From the NCBI GenBank assembly GCA_963753035.1, contig CAVWAW010000009.1:2956-66955 (forward strand): DNA of 64,000 nt. Reading direction: 5' to 3'. How positions within the stretch are numbered: position 1 is the first letter of the stretch; each line of letters begins with the position of its first letter. Positions 9,830 to 20,002 of this stretch are shown here, piece by piece. Under the pieces are notes generated by a model. That model saw only the letters and a program-made list of their open reading frames with translations, ran no database searches and was not told the origin of the DNA. The translations under genes were made by a program, and so were the position numbers. Source of the stretch: an uncultured Acidobacteriota bacterium (lineage in GTDB: Bacteria; Acidobacteriota; Thermoanaerobaculia; Thermoanaerobaculales; Sulfomarinibacteraceae).

Positions 9830-9951
9830 GTTTTAGTTTTGAGTTCTTAGTTTCTAGTTTTTAGTTATTGACATCTCAGTTTCGCTGTCTGAACAAAATG
9901 CGATGGAACTAAGAACTGCAAGAACTCAAGAACTGACAGAAACTAGAAAAG
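9830..9951. repeat. Two inverted AT-rich heptamer arrays flanking a 35-bp core containing tgcgatgg
   Basis: 9830-9871 reads gttttag ttttgag ttcttag tttctag tttttag ttattga. 9906-9951 carries the complementary aagaact-type units (gaactaagaactgcaagaactcaagaactgacagaaactag). The core is ...aaaatgcgatgg. Confidence 0.75.
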
Positions 9952-10899
9952 CCCTACCCCCCACAGATCATGCACATGCAGCACTCCTGCAACCTTGCCG
10001 CTGCCGTCGCAGACCATGAGCGAGGTGATCCTCTTCTCTTCGAGCTTTTTGAGCGCCGCGGTGGCGAGTTCGTCGGCAGAGATGCAGGCGCCACCCTTGT
10101 GCATGACCTCGTCGGCGGATCGCGCCAGTGGATCGGGGTCGCGTTCCATGAGCCGTCGGAGATCACCGTCGGTGATGACCCCGAGCAGCGCGCCGTCATC
10201 ATCGAGGACGGTAGCGAGACCAAGCCCCTTGCGACTCATTTCGTAGATGACGTCCTTCATGGCGGCGTCAGCCGCGACGACCGGCATGTCTTCACCGGCG
10301 TGCATGAGGTCTTTGACCTTGAGGAACTTCTTGCCGAGTTTGCCTCCCGGATGGAACCGGGCGAAGTCCTCCTCACGAAAGCCCTTCCGGGCTGAGACCG
10401 TCAGCGCGAGAGCGTCGCCCAGAGCGAGGCTCGCGGTGGTCGAGGCGGTGGGAGCGAGATTCAACGGGCAGGCCTCGTTCCGCACCCCGAGATCGAGGTG
10501 GACATCGGCCGCCCTGGCGAGCGGCGAATCGGGATGGGAGCTCATGGCGATGAGCTTGATCCCCAGCCGCCTCAGAATCTCGAGCAACCGGAGGATTTCA
10601 TCGGTGGCGCCCGAGTTGGAGATCGCCACGACGAGATCCGATTCGGTGACCATTCCAAGATCGCCGTGGATCGCTTCCGCCGGGTGGAGGAAGAGCGATG
10701 GCGTCCCGGTGGAGCTCATGGTCGCGGCGAGCTTGCGGCAGATGATCCCCGACTTACCCATTCCGGTCCAGACGACTCTGCCGGTGCACGATACGACCAT
10801 CTCGACGGCTGTTTCGAAATCGCCGCCGAGTTCGTCCAACACTTTGCGGATGGCGTCGGCCTCGGTCTGGAGAACCTGCCGTGCGATATCGAGAGTCAC
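9943..10899 (-). CDS. kdsD: Arabinose-5-phosphate isomerase (KpsF/GutQ family; SIS + tandem CBS)
   Basis: 318 aa. It has the SIS motif GMGKSGIICRKLAATMSSTGTPS and C-terminal CBS pairs. It lies in an operon with kdsA. Confidence 0.9.
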   Translation of the reverse strand: MTLDIARQVLQTEADAIRKVLDELGGDFETAVEMVVSCTGRVVWTGMGKSGIICRKLAATMSSTGTPSLFLHPAEAIHGDLGMVTESDLVVAISNSGATDEILRLLEILRRLGIKLIAMSSHPDSPLARAADVHLDLGVRNEACPLNLAPTASTTASLALGDALALTVSARKGFREEDFARFHPGGKLGKKFLKVKDLMHAGEDMPVVAADAAMKDVIYEMSRKGLGLATVLDDDGALLGVITDGDLRRLMERDPDPLARSADEVMHKGGACISADELATAALKKLEEKRITSLMVCDGSGKVAGVLHVHDLWGVGLF

Positions 10900-11729
10900 G
10901 GCTCGACCTTGCCCAGCGCATTCGAGATCGCCACGACCTGGGTCACCAGACGTGCGAACTCGGCCGGATCGAGCTGGGTCGTCGCATCGGAAAGAGCCTC
11001 ACTGGGTCGCGGGTGGACCTCGACAAAGATCCCGTCGACCCCGACAGCGGCGGCGGCCCGAGTCAAATAGGGGTGAAACTCGCGCGCCCCGCCAGTGGAG
11101 TGGCCGAGGCCGCCCGGGAGCTGGAGCGAGTGGGTGGCGTCGAAGACCACCGGAGCGAATCGCCGCATGATGGGCAGCGCGCGCATGTCCACAACGAGGT
11201 TGTGGTAGCCGAAACTGACACCGCGTTCGGTCAGGGTGACACGGTCATTCCCGGTGGAACGCACCTTGTTGACCGCGTTGCTCATGTCCTCGGGCGCCAT
11301 GAACTGGCCCTTCTTGATGTTGACCGAGGCGCCGCTCTCGCCGCAGGCGATGAGCAGATCGGTCTGACGGCAGAGGAATGCAGGCACCTGGATCACATCG
11401 GCCACTTCGGCGACTCGCCTCGCCTGTGCCGGTTCATGCACATCGGTGAGAATCGGGAGCCCGGTGGCCTCCTTGACCGCCTGGAGGACCTCGAGACCCT
11501 CTTCGAGTCCCGGACCGCGGAAACTCGTCACCGACGAGCGGTTTGCCTTGTCGAAGGAGGCTTTGAAGATGGCCCTGACGCCCATGCGCTCGGCAACGGC
11601 CTTGACGGTCTCGGCAACCCCGAGGGCGAACTCGGCCGACTCGATGACGCAGGGGCCGGCGATAAAGAACGGCGTCGAGCCGTCACCGACGGTGATGCCG
11701 GGAGCAATGTCGAATGAAGACCATTCCAT
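10896..11729 (-). CDS. kdsA: 3-deoxy-8-phosphooctulonate synthase
   Basis: FFIAGPCVIES, FKASFDKANRSS and DATHSLQLPGG are present. I chose ATG 11729 (MEWSSF...) rather than the ORF-track start 11915, which runs into repeats. It overlaps the kdsD start by 4 nt. Confidence 0.9.
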   Translation of the reverse strand: MEWSSFDIAPGITVGDGSTPFFIAGPCVIESAEFALGVAETVKAVAERMGVRAIFKASFDKANRSSVTSFRGPGLEEGLEVLQAVKEATGLPILTDVHEPAQARRVAEVADVIQVPAFLCRQTDLLIACGESGASVNIKKGQFMAPEDMSNAVNKVRSTGNDRVTLTERGVSFGYHNLVVDMRALPIMRRFAPVVFDATHSLQLPGGLGHSTGGAREFHPYLTRAAAAVGVDGIFVEVHPRPSEALSDATTQLDPAEFARLVTQVVAISNALGKVEP

Positions 11730-11751
11730 GGGGTCAGTGTAGCTGAAACCG

Positions 11752-11792
11752 ATACTGGATATTGGATACTGGATGCTGGATGCTAGATCTAG
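11752..11792. repeat. AT-rich heptamer tandem array (ctggat-type, about 5 units) just upstream of kdsA
   Basis: actggat attggat actggat gctggat gctagat, about 25 nt from the kdsA start on the opposite strand. Confidence 0.8.
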
Positions 11793-11854
11793 CGCAGGGG
11801 ACCGATGCTGGAGCCGTTTCGGTCTCGGAACTGAACCACAGAGGCGTCGCAGCG

Positions 11855-11928
11855 TTGCAAACACGAAGGTGCGAAGGCACAAAGTGTTCACCAAGACATC
11901 GCATGATTGACCCATCGCCGAACGATGC
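11855..11928 (-). repeat. Rep-B family copy (cacgaagg / catcgcatgattga module)
   Basis: caaacacgaaggtgcgaaggcacaaagtgttcaccaag resembles 2865-2905. catcgcatgattgacccatcgcc is the reverse complement of the 44233-44256 motif. Confidence 0.6.
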
Positions 11929-11994
11929 TACAAATGGCACCCCGTTCGAGGCCAGATTTGCAGACCCTCGAAAGAACGCGGGATAGGGGCGTGC

Positions 11995-12220
11995 GGCGGG
12001 GTGCCGGGTCCGGCATTGTGCCGGCATCCCGTTCCGGTTCGCGTCACATTCCGCACAATGCCGTACCGGGCACCCTCGGGAGACGCCTCAAGGTCAATTC
12101 TCCCGGCTCAGAAGGAGGCCGCCGCTCGCGCAATCAGCGTGGTCGACTCCCTCCCCGCCACCACCGAACGACCGTGCTGATTGCGCGACGCTGGGTCGCC
12201 AAGGCGGTCCAGAAGGCCGG
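11995..12220 (+). repeat. Rep-A double-hairpin element, divergent copy 1 (inside the pyrG-kdsA spacer)
   Basis: Hairpin 1 pairs 12001-12024 with 12051-12073 (core cggcattgtgc/gcacaatgccg). Hairpin 2 pairs 12125-12145 with 12169-12189 (19 bp with two G-U pairs on this strand). The tail is cagaaggccgg. Confidence 0.75.
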
Positions 12221-12269
12221 TATCGATTGCCCCGTTGCGATACTCCTATCCAGATCGCGTAGGCGACGC

Positions 12270-14000
<1,731 letters not shown>

Positions 14001-14747
14001 TCAATCCCCACTGTTCATCATCATTCGGACGCGTTCGAGGTCCTGTGGCGTGTCCACTCCATGAGCCTCGTCCGGTGCGTCGAAAACCAAAATATCGATG
14101 CCGTTGGCCAGGGCGCGGAGCTGTTCCAGTCCCTCGGCCTGTTCCAGCGAAGACGGCGCCATCGCGACAAACGCCGCAAGCGTCTCAGGCCGGAAGCCAT
14201 AGATTCCCAGGTGAAGCCGCCACAACGACTCGGCGGCGCCCGGATCCCGCGGGAAAGGAATCGCGGAGCGCGAGAAGTACAGAGCCTTGCCATCCGTCCT
14301 TCGGACGACTTTGACCGCATTGGGATCTTCCACATCCACGGCCGAAATCGGCCGGCAGAGCGTCGCCATCCCGACCTCGGGCCGCGCGCGCATCCCTTCG
14401 ACTAGAGTGTCGATGTTGGCCCCCGAGAGCATGGGCTCATCGCCCTGGACGTTGATCACGAGTTCCCAGTTCGATCCTCCTGCAACCGCCTCGGCGATCC
14501 GGTCGGTCCCCGAGGGATGGACACCCGTCATCACGGACTGGGCGCCGGCCTCATTCGCGGCGGCCGCAACCCGCTCGTCGTCGGTGGCGACGATCACGTG
14601 ATCGACGGTCGTCGCGGCGAGCGCCCGGCGCACCACGTGGGCGATCATGGGCTCACCATTCAGCTCGGCCAAGGCCTTACCGGGAAAACGGGTCGACCCC
14701 CAGCGTGCGGGGATCGCCGCAACGACGCGTGGTGCATCAATTGTCAT
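14001..14747 (-). CDS. kdsB: 3-deoxy-manno-octulosonate cytidylyltransferase
   Basis: AIPARWGSTRFPGKALA and NVQGDEP motifs; 248 aa; upstream of pyrG. Confidence 0.9.
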   Translation of the reverse strand: MTIDAPRVVAAIPARWGSTRFPGKALAELNGEPMIAHVVRRALAATTVDHVIVATDDERVAAAANEAGAQSVMTGVHPSGTDRIAEAVAGGSNWELVINVQGDEPMLSGANIDTLVEGMRARPEVGMATLCRPISAVDVEDPNAVKVVRRTDGKALYFSRSAIPFPRDPGAAESLWRLHLGIYGFRPETLAAFVAMAPSSLEQAEGLEQLRALANGIDILVFDAPDEAHGVDTPQDLERVRMMMNSGD

Positions 14748-14803
14748 CCTGTAGTGGAATGCTAGCGATCATCGGGCCATGAGTCAAGGCCTCTTTCAAG
14801 ATT

Positions 14804-14821
14804 AATACAATCGTTTGTATT
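14804..14821. promoter_or_regulatory. Candidate TetR operator (AATACAA-N4-TTGTATT) in the AT-rich divergent kdsB/tetR spacer
   Basis: A perfect 7-bp inverted repeat is read directly. A weaker atacaN6tgtat lies at 14942-14957, overlapping the tetR ATG. Confidence 0.45.
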
Positions 14822-14953
14822 TCCCCAGTATCTCAACAGAAAAAATGAGTTAAGAGGTTGATTCTCGAGCAAATCCTGAGCGAATGGAATGTCGGGCAGG
14901 GTCGGTTGCCAAAAAGATTGATCTCGACCCCGGATTTTGATACAAACAACTGT

Positions 14954-15551
14954 ATGACTTTGGACACCAAATCGCGCCTTCTGGAGACCGCCGCGACCCT
15001 CTTTGCCGATCACGGCTACCGCGGAGCGTCGGTTCGCCATATCTGCGATCTGGCGAGGGCGAACCCCGGGGCGGTCTCCTATCACTTCGGCGGGAAGAAA
15101 CAGCTCTATCGCCTCGTGCTTCGCAGGGCGGCCGCAGCGCTGGCGGAACTCACGATCATCGAGGACGCGACCCGGCGAAGACTCCCCTCCCCTCGAGATC
15201 TCCGATGCCGTGGATCGAATCCTCCGCCGGATGGACGATCACCCGCATGAAACCCGGCTGCTTCTGCGTGACCTCGCAGACGGCGGCGATGTCGCAGTGG
15301 AGGCTTTGGAGCCGACGCTCCGAACCGCGTTCGAGAATCTCCGGCTGGCCATCGGCGAGGACGCCGCGCCCCGGGGATCATCGAGCGGCCGCGCGCTGTT
15401 TCTCGATCTCGCCGCTCCCCTTTTTCTCCTCACAGCAGCGTGGCCGGTGCTGCAGCGGGCGCTCGATCTCGACCCCGATCAGCGGAAGGGACTACTCACC
15501 GACGCCTGCCGACGCACTCTGAAAGCTCACGGGTATCCGGAGCTGGGATAG
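14954..15551 (+). pseudogene. TetR-family transcriptional regulator; frame broken once between about 15150 and 15185
   Basis: The N-terminal HTH (SRLLETAATLFADHGYRGASVRHICDLARANPGAVSYHFGGKKQLY) is in ORF 14858..15250. The ligand-domain continuation (ISDAVDRILRRMDDHPHETRLLLRDLADGG...) is in ORF 15003..15551. Confidence 0.7.
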
Positions 15552-15759
15552 CCAGCGCACCCTCCGGCTCGGGTGGATGCTCGATCTCGTCGAAGAGTGA
15601 ACCAGCTTCATGCAATGGACCGAAGTGATTGACACCCACCAGTCCTCGTCGCTAACCTGTCGGAGATGAGAGGCCGATCGCTGATTCATGCCGGAACGAG
15701 CGGGCACCGACCGGCGGTGCCCCTCATCACCTACGTGAACCGTTTCAGCGGCCTCTAGT

Positions 15760-15824
15760 CTCCCTGTTTTCCGCTATTCACCGAAACAACACGGCGCCGG
15801 CCACGGCGCCTCGGAAACAGGGAG
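15760..15824 (+). promoter_or_regulatory. Leader helix that can sequester the RBS of the downstream operon
   Basis: ctccctgttt (15760-15769) is complementary to aaacagggag (15815-15824, the SD region 7 nt before ATG 15831). The GC hairpin ggcgccggccacggcgcc lies between them. A possible TTGACA -35 box is at 15648. Confidence 0.4.
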
Positions 15825-15830
15825 AATCTT

Positions 15831-16986
15831 ATGAGAATGATCGTACTCGGCTGCGGCCTGGTCGGTGGACCGATGGCCGTGGATCTGGCGAAGGATCCAG
15901 GGTCTGAAATCACCATCGTCGACAGAAACCAAGATGCGCTACGAGCCTTGGCGGGCAAACACTCCAACATCGAGACGGTGCAACGGGATCTGGGAAATCC
16001 GCGAGAGATAGCTGCGCTGATCGCCGACCATGACATCGTGATCAACGCGGTCCCCGGATTCATGGGTTTTCAAACCCTCGAGGCCATCATCGGAGCCGGG
16101 AAGAACGTCGTCGACATCGCCTTCTACCCGGAGAACCCCTTCGACCTCGATGCTCTGGCCAGGGACCGGGGCGTCACAGCGGTGGTCGACTGCGGCGTGT
16201 CCCCGGGTCTGAGCAATCTGCTGATAGGCCACATCCACGAGCGGCTGGACCGAACCGACTCGATTCTCATCTATGTCGGTGGGCTGCCGGAGATCCGCCA
16301 CTGGCCCTTCGAGTACCGTGCCGTTTTTTCGCCCATGGACGTCATCGCCGAATACACCCGGCCGGCGCGTTTCGTGGAGAACGGCAGACTGGTGACCCGT
16401 CCCGCCCTCTCCGATCCCGAGCTCATCGACTTTCCCGGCATCGGAACCCTCGAGGCGTTCAACACCGACGGTCTCAGAACCCTGGCCGATACAATCGACG
16501 CTCCGAACATGAAGGAGAAGACCCTCCGCTACCCGGGCCATATCGAGAAAATGGTCTTTCTACGCGAAGCGGGGTTCTTCGACGAGGAACCGGTCGTGGT
16601 CGACGGCCGTCCGATTCGACCGGTCGATTTCACCGCCGAGCTGATGTTCCCGCAGTGGCAGATGGACGACGGCGAGGTCGACATCACGGTGCTGCGGATC
16701 ATGGTCGAGGGCGAGGAGCGACGGCCAGTCTCGTCGGTATGTCTACAACCTCTTCGACCGATACGATTCCTCGAGCGACACCCACTCCATGGCCCGCACC
16801 ACCGGCTACACCGCCACCATGGCGGCACGGCTGTTGGCAACGGGCCGGTACGACCGGAAAGGCATCTCGCCGGCGGAGTTCGTGGGACGTGACCGAGAAT
16901 GCGTCGAGTTCATGCTCAAAGGCCTCGCTGATCGTGGCATCATCATCGAGGCGCACGAGGACGCCTTGGCGCACCAGAAGTCGTGA
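15831..16986 (+). pseudogene. Saccharopine-dehydrogenase-family oxidoreductase; single frameshift at about 16719
   Basis: Rossmann N-terminus MIVLGCGLVGGPMAVDL. The C-terminus YVYNLFDRYDSSSDTHSMARTTGYTATMAARLL is in the +1 frame (ORF 16789..16986). Removing c16719 gives VEGEEDGQSRRYVYNLFDRYD. Confidence 0.75.
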
Positions 16987-17053
16987 GAGTCCGAATCCGT
17001 ATTTGCTAAGGTGTCATCGGGCCAAAACCTCGCCTTCCGCCAGGAGGATCACC

Positions 17054-18506
17054 ATGCGTCCCAAGGTCAGATTTCTCGACGACGACCTCAAGATCAGGAT
17101 CATCGACGAGGCCCGCCATCTGCTGTGCACGCTCGGCGTGGAGATTCACAACCCCCGCGTGCTCGGTCTGATCGGCGACCACGGCGCCGAGGTGGATCCG
17201 GCCAAGCAGCATGTCCGATTGACGGACGAACTCATCGACCGGGCGCTATCCACCGTGCCGAGCGGATTCAAGCTCTACGACGTCGTCGGCCGGCAGACGC
17301 ACGACCTCTCGGGCGACAACGTGTACTTCACGCCAAGCTCGGCCGCCATCAACATCCTCGACAACGGCGCCATGCGAAAGCCCCAAACCGCCGACTACGT
17401 CAAGTATGCCAAAGTGGTCAGCGGGCTCGATCACATTCAGGCGCAAAGCACGGCATTCATCCCCGCAGACGTGGCCGAGGAGATCTCGGACAGTTACCGG
17501 CTCTTTCTCAGCCTGCTCTATTGCGAAAAACCGGTGGTCACCGGAGCCTTCACAATCGGTGCGTTCGACATCATGCGTGATCTCCAGCTGGCGGTCCGTG
17601 GCTCTGCGGAGGCGCTCAGGTCCAAGCCGTTGACCGTCTTCTCGTGTTGCCCCACAGCACCCATCAAGTGGAGCGAGTCAACCTCGCAGAATGTCGTGGA
17701 TTGCGCTCGGATGGGAATCCCGGTGGAGTTCATCTCGATGCCGTTGTCCGGTTTCATGGCGCCGGTCACGATTGTCGGGTCTCTGATCCAGCACACCGCC
17801 GAGACTCTCAGCGGCGTTGTCATCAGCCAACTCGCCGGCCCCGGCACACCGGTCCTCTACGGCGGCTCTCCCGCGATCTTCGACATCCGGTACGAAACCA
17901 CGCCCATGGGCGCCGTCGAAACCGAGATGCTCGATTGCGCCTACTCAGAGATCGGCAAACACCTCGGCATGCCCACCCAGGCCTATATCGGCTTCAGTGA
18001 CGCAAAACGGTTCGACGCCCAGGCGGGCTTCGAAACCGCCATGGGGGCGACCCTGGCGGCGTTGTCCGGCATCAACAGCATCTCAGGTCCCGGAATGCTC
18101 GACTTCAGCAGCTGTTTCAGCCTCGAGAAGCTCGTACTCGACAACGAAATCTGCGGCCATGACACAGCGTCTCGTCAGGGGAATCGAGCCGCGAGAGGAC
18201 TTCCCCTCCACGCCGATCTTCGAGGAGCTCATCCGCGACAAGCACCTGCTCATCGCCGATCACACCCGGCGCCACCTCAAGGACGAGATCACTTTCCCGG
18301 GACCCGTCGTCGATCGCGCGAACAGCTCTCGTTGGCTCGAGGATGGGGCACTCACCCTCCACGAACGGGCCGCGAAAGAGGTCGGGAAACTCATCGATTC
18401 CTACCAACCTTCGGCGTTACCCGACGATGTCAAATCCGAGCTGGAACGCCTGATGACGGCTGAAGCGCGTCGATTCGGCATGGATAGTCTGCCCGGCCGG
18501 GATTGA
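17054..18506 (+). pseudogene. MttB-superfamily (non-pyrrolysine) quaternary-amine:corrinoid methyltransferase; single frameshift at about 18158
   Basis: MRPKVRFLDDDLKIRIIDEARHLLCTLGVEI... runs to ...LVLDNEICG in ORF 16655..18463. It continues MTQRLVRGIEPREDFPSTPIFEEL... in ORF 17817..18506. The extra c lies in ggCCatg. RBS aggagg precedes ATG 17054. Confidence 0.8.
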
Positions 18507-19234
18507 TGTCGGGAATCGCGCATTTTCCGCGTTCCACGGCGACGCCGGATCGTCATACGGTGTTGAGGGCACAGGGTATCCCCGACGAAGCATCGGTCCC
18601 GGAACGTGTCGCCGCACTCGTTGATGACGGGTTTGAGATCTACTCCAGCGCTGTCGATGCCACGGGCATTCGAGCGGAAATCTCCATCGAGGAATTCGAC
18701 GCGGTCTACCGCGGAGAGGGCCGAAACGCCTCCCGAACACCACTCGAGGGGGTTTTCCCCGGCGCGCACCGCCTGGCGTTGTTCGCGGTCACCGTCGGCG
18801 AGGCGGTGTGCAGCGAGATCCGCCGTCTTTTCGACACCGGTGATCCGGCGCTGGGATACACCCTCGACACCATCGCGTCGGCCGGCGCCGAGGGTTTGGC
18901 CGACGCCATGGCTCGCGACTACCAAGATACGGTCTCGCAGTCGAATCCCAACGCCTCCGACGTGCGCGTCCTGCCCTACAGTCCGGGCTACTGCGGCTGG
19001 CACGTCAGCGGCCAGGCAAAGCTCTTCCGGTTTCTCCAACCCGGGCGCATCGGCATCTCGCTCAACGCCAGCGCTCTGATGGAACCTCTGAAGTCGGTCT
19101 CCGGCGTATTGGTGGCTTCCGACAGAGAGATCCACGACTTCGATATCGAGTTCGAATTCTGCGCCCACTGCGCCGGCCAGGAATGCCGGGAACGGATCCA
19201 ATCGGTTCTTTTCGACACCCGTGGAGGTCAATGA
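18503..19234 (+). CDS. Methionine-synthase activation-domain-like protein (corrinoid reactivation accessory)
   Basis: VLPYSPGYCGWHVSGQAKLFRFL...LMEPLKSVSGVL resembles the SPGYxxW/KSVS pattern of Met_synt_B12-type domains. It overlaps the neighbouring genes by 4 nt on both sides. Confidence 0.5.
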   Translation: MMSGIAHFPRSTATPDRHTVLRAQGIPDEASVPERVAALVDDGFEIYSSAVDATGIRAEISIEEFDAVYRGEGRNASRTPLEGVFPGAHRLALFAVTVGEAVCSEIRRLFDTGDPALGYTLDTIASAGAEGLADAMARDYQDTVSQSNPNASDVRVLPYSPGYCGWHVSGQAKLFRFLQPGRIGISLNASALMEPLKSVSGVLVASDREIHDFDIEFEFCAHCAGQECRERIQSVLFDTRGGQ

Positions 19235-19869
19235 TGGAAATTCTGCAGGAGATCGCTTCGAGTCTCAGAAACGGTGACGACCAGCGCACGGCCCTGCTGA
19301 CCCAGCAGGCCATCAACGATGGTATTCCTGCCGAAGAGATTCTGAACACCGGGCTCATGGCCGGGATGAAGGTTGTGGGCGCGCTGTTTCGCGACCACGA
19401 TATCTTTCTCCCCGAGGTGCTGCTCGCCGCTCGCGCGATGAACAGCGGTGTGGATCTGCTCAAACCGCTGCTCGCCGGCGGGGATGTCCCGACCATCGGG
19501 AAGGTGGTGATCGGGACCGCCAAGGGCGATCTTCACGACATCGGCAAGAACCTGGTCGGGATCATGCTCAAGGGCGCCGGTTTCGAGGTCATCGACCTCG
19601 GAAACGACGTGACTGCGGAGCGGTTCGTCGACGCCGCCGTGGAATCGGGGGCAAAGGTCATCGGCATCTCGGCGCTGCTCACCACTACGATGTCTTCGAT
19701 GAAGGGTGTGGTCGATCTCGTGCAGGAGCGAGGACTGGGCGGAAAGATCCACATCATCGTCGGTGGCGCTCCCGTGTCGAAGGAGTTCGCCGCCGAGATC
19801 GGCGCCGACGCCTACGGATACGACGCCGCCAACGCGGTGGAGCAGGTCAAGGCGCTGACGGGCGTCTGA
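19231..19869 (+). CDS. Corrinoid (cobalamin-binding) protein, MtbC/MttC-like
   Basis: B12-binding signature GDLHDIGKN (DxHxxG), then SALLTTT and GGA. There is an ATGA overlap with the upstream gene. Confidence 0.85.
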   Translation: MMEILQEIASSLRNGDDQRTALLTQQAINDGIPAEEILNTGLMAGMKVVGALFRDHDIFLPEVLLAARAMNSGVDLLKPLLAGGDVPTIGKVVIGTAKGDLHDIGKNLVGIMLKGAGFEVIDLGNDVTAERFVDAAVESGAKVIGISALLTTTMSSMKGVVDLVQERGLGGKIHIIVGGAPVSKEFAAEIGADAYGYDAANAVEQVKALTGV

Positions 19870-19896
19870 TCGGAGACCCTCTCCCTCTCAAGCCCT

Positions 19897-19982
19897 CGAT
19901 TCCTGCATTCGATCCTGATCCCGATCCCATTCCCGATACCGAACTTGCGCCATCCGGGAACCGGGTCGGGATCGGGACCGAC
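19897..19982. repeat. Hexamer-periodic array forming an imperfect palindrome between convergent genes (possible bidirectional terminator)
   Basis: gatcctgatcccgatcccattcccgataccg faces cgggaaccgggtcgggatcgggaccg. Confidence 0.5.
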
Positions 19983-20002
19983 TCAATCCTCGTATGCCCC
20001 TC

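Noticed and set aside
11730-11915. The ORF-track start of kdsA at 11915 (339 aa).
   Set aside because: The extra 62 codons run through the heptamer array and a Rep-B module and read as low-complexity peptide. The conserved KdsA sequence begins at ATG 11729.
15648-15830. Cobalamin or lysine riboswitch in the leader of the corrinoid/saccharopine-dehydrogenase operon.
   Set aside because: I could not find the B12-box (GCCACTG-type) or the lysine riboswitch core by eye. I kept it only as an unclassified structured leader.
18150-18165. Pyrrolysine (in-frame UAG) recoding in the MttB-family gene.
   Set aside because: The interruption is a frame change at ggCCatg, not an in-frame amber codon. Both fragments read through without UAG, as expected for non-Pyl MttB homologues.
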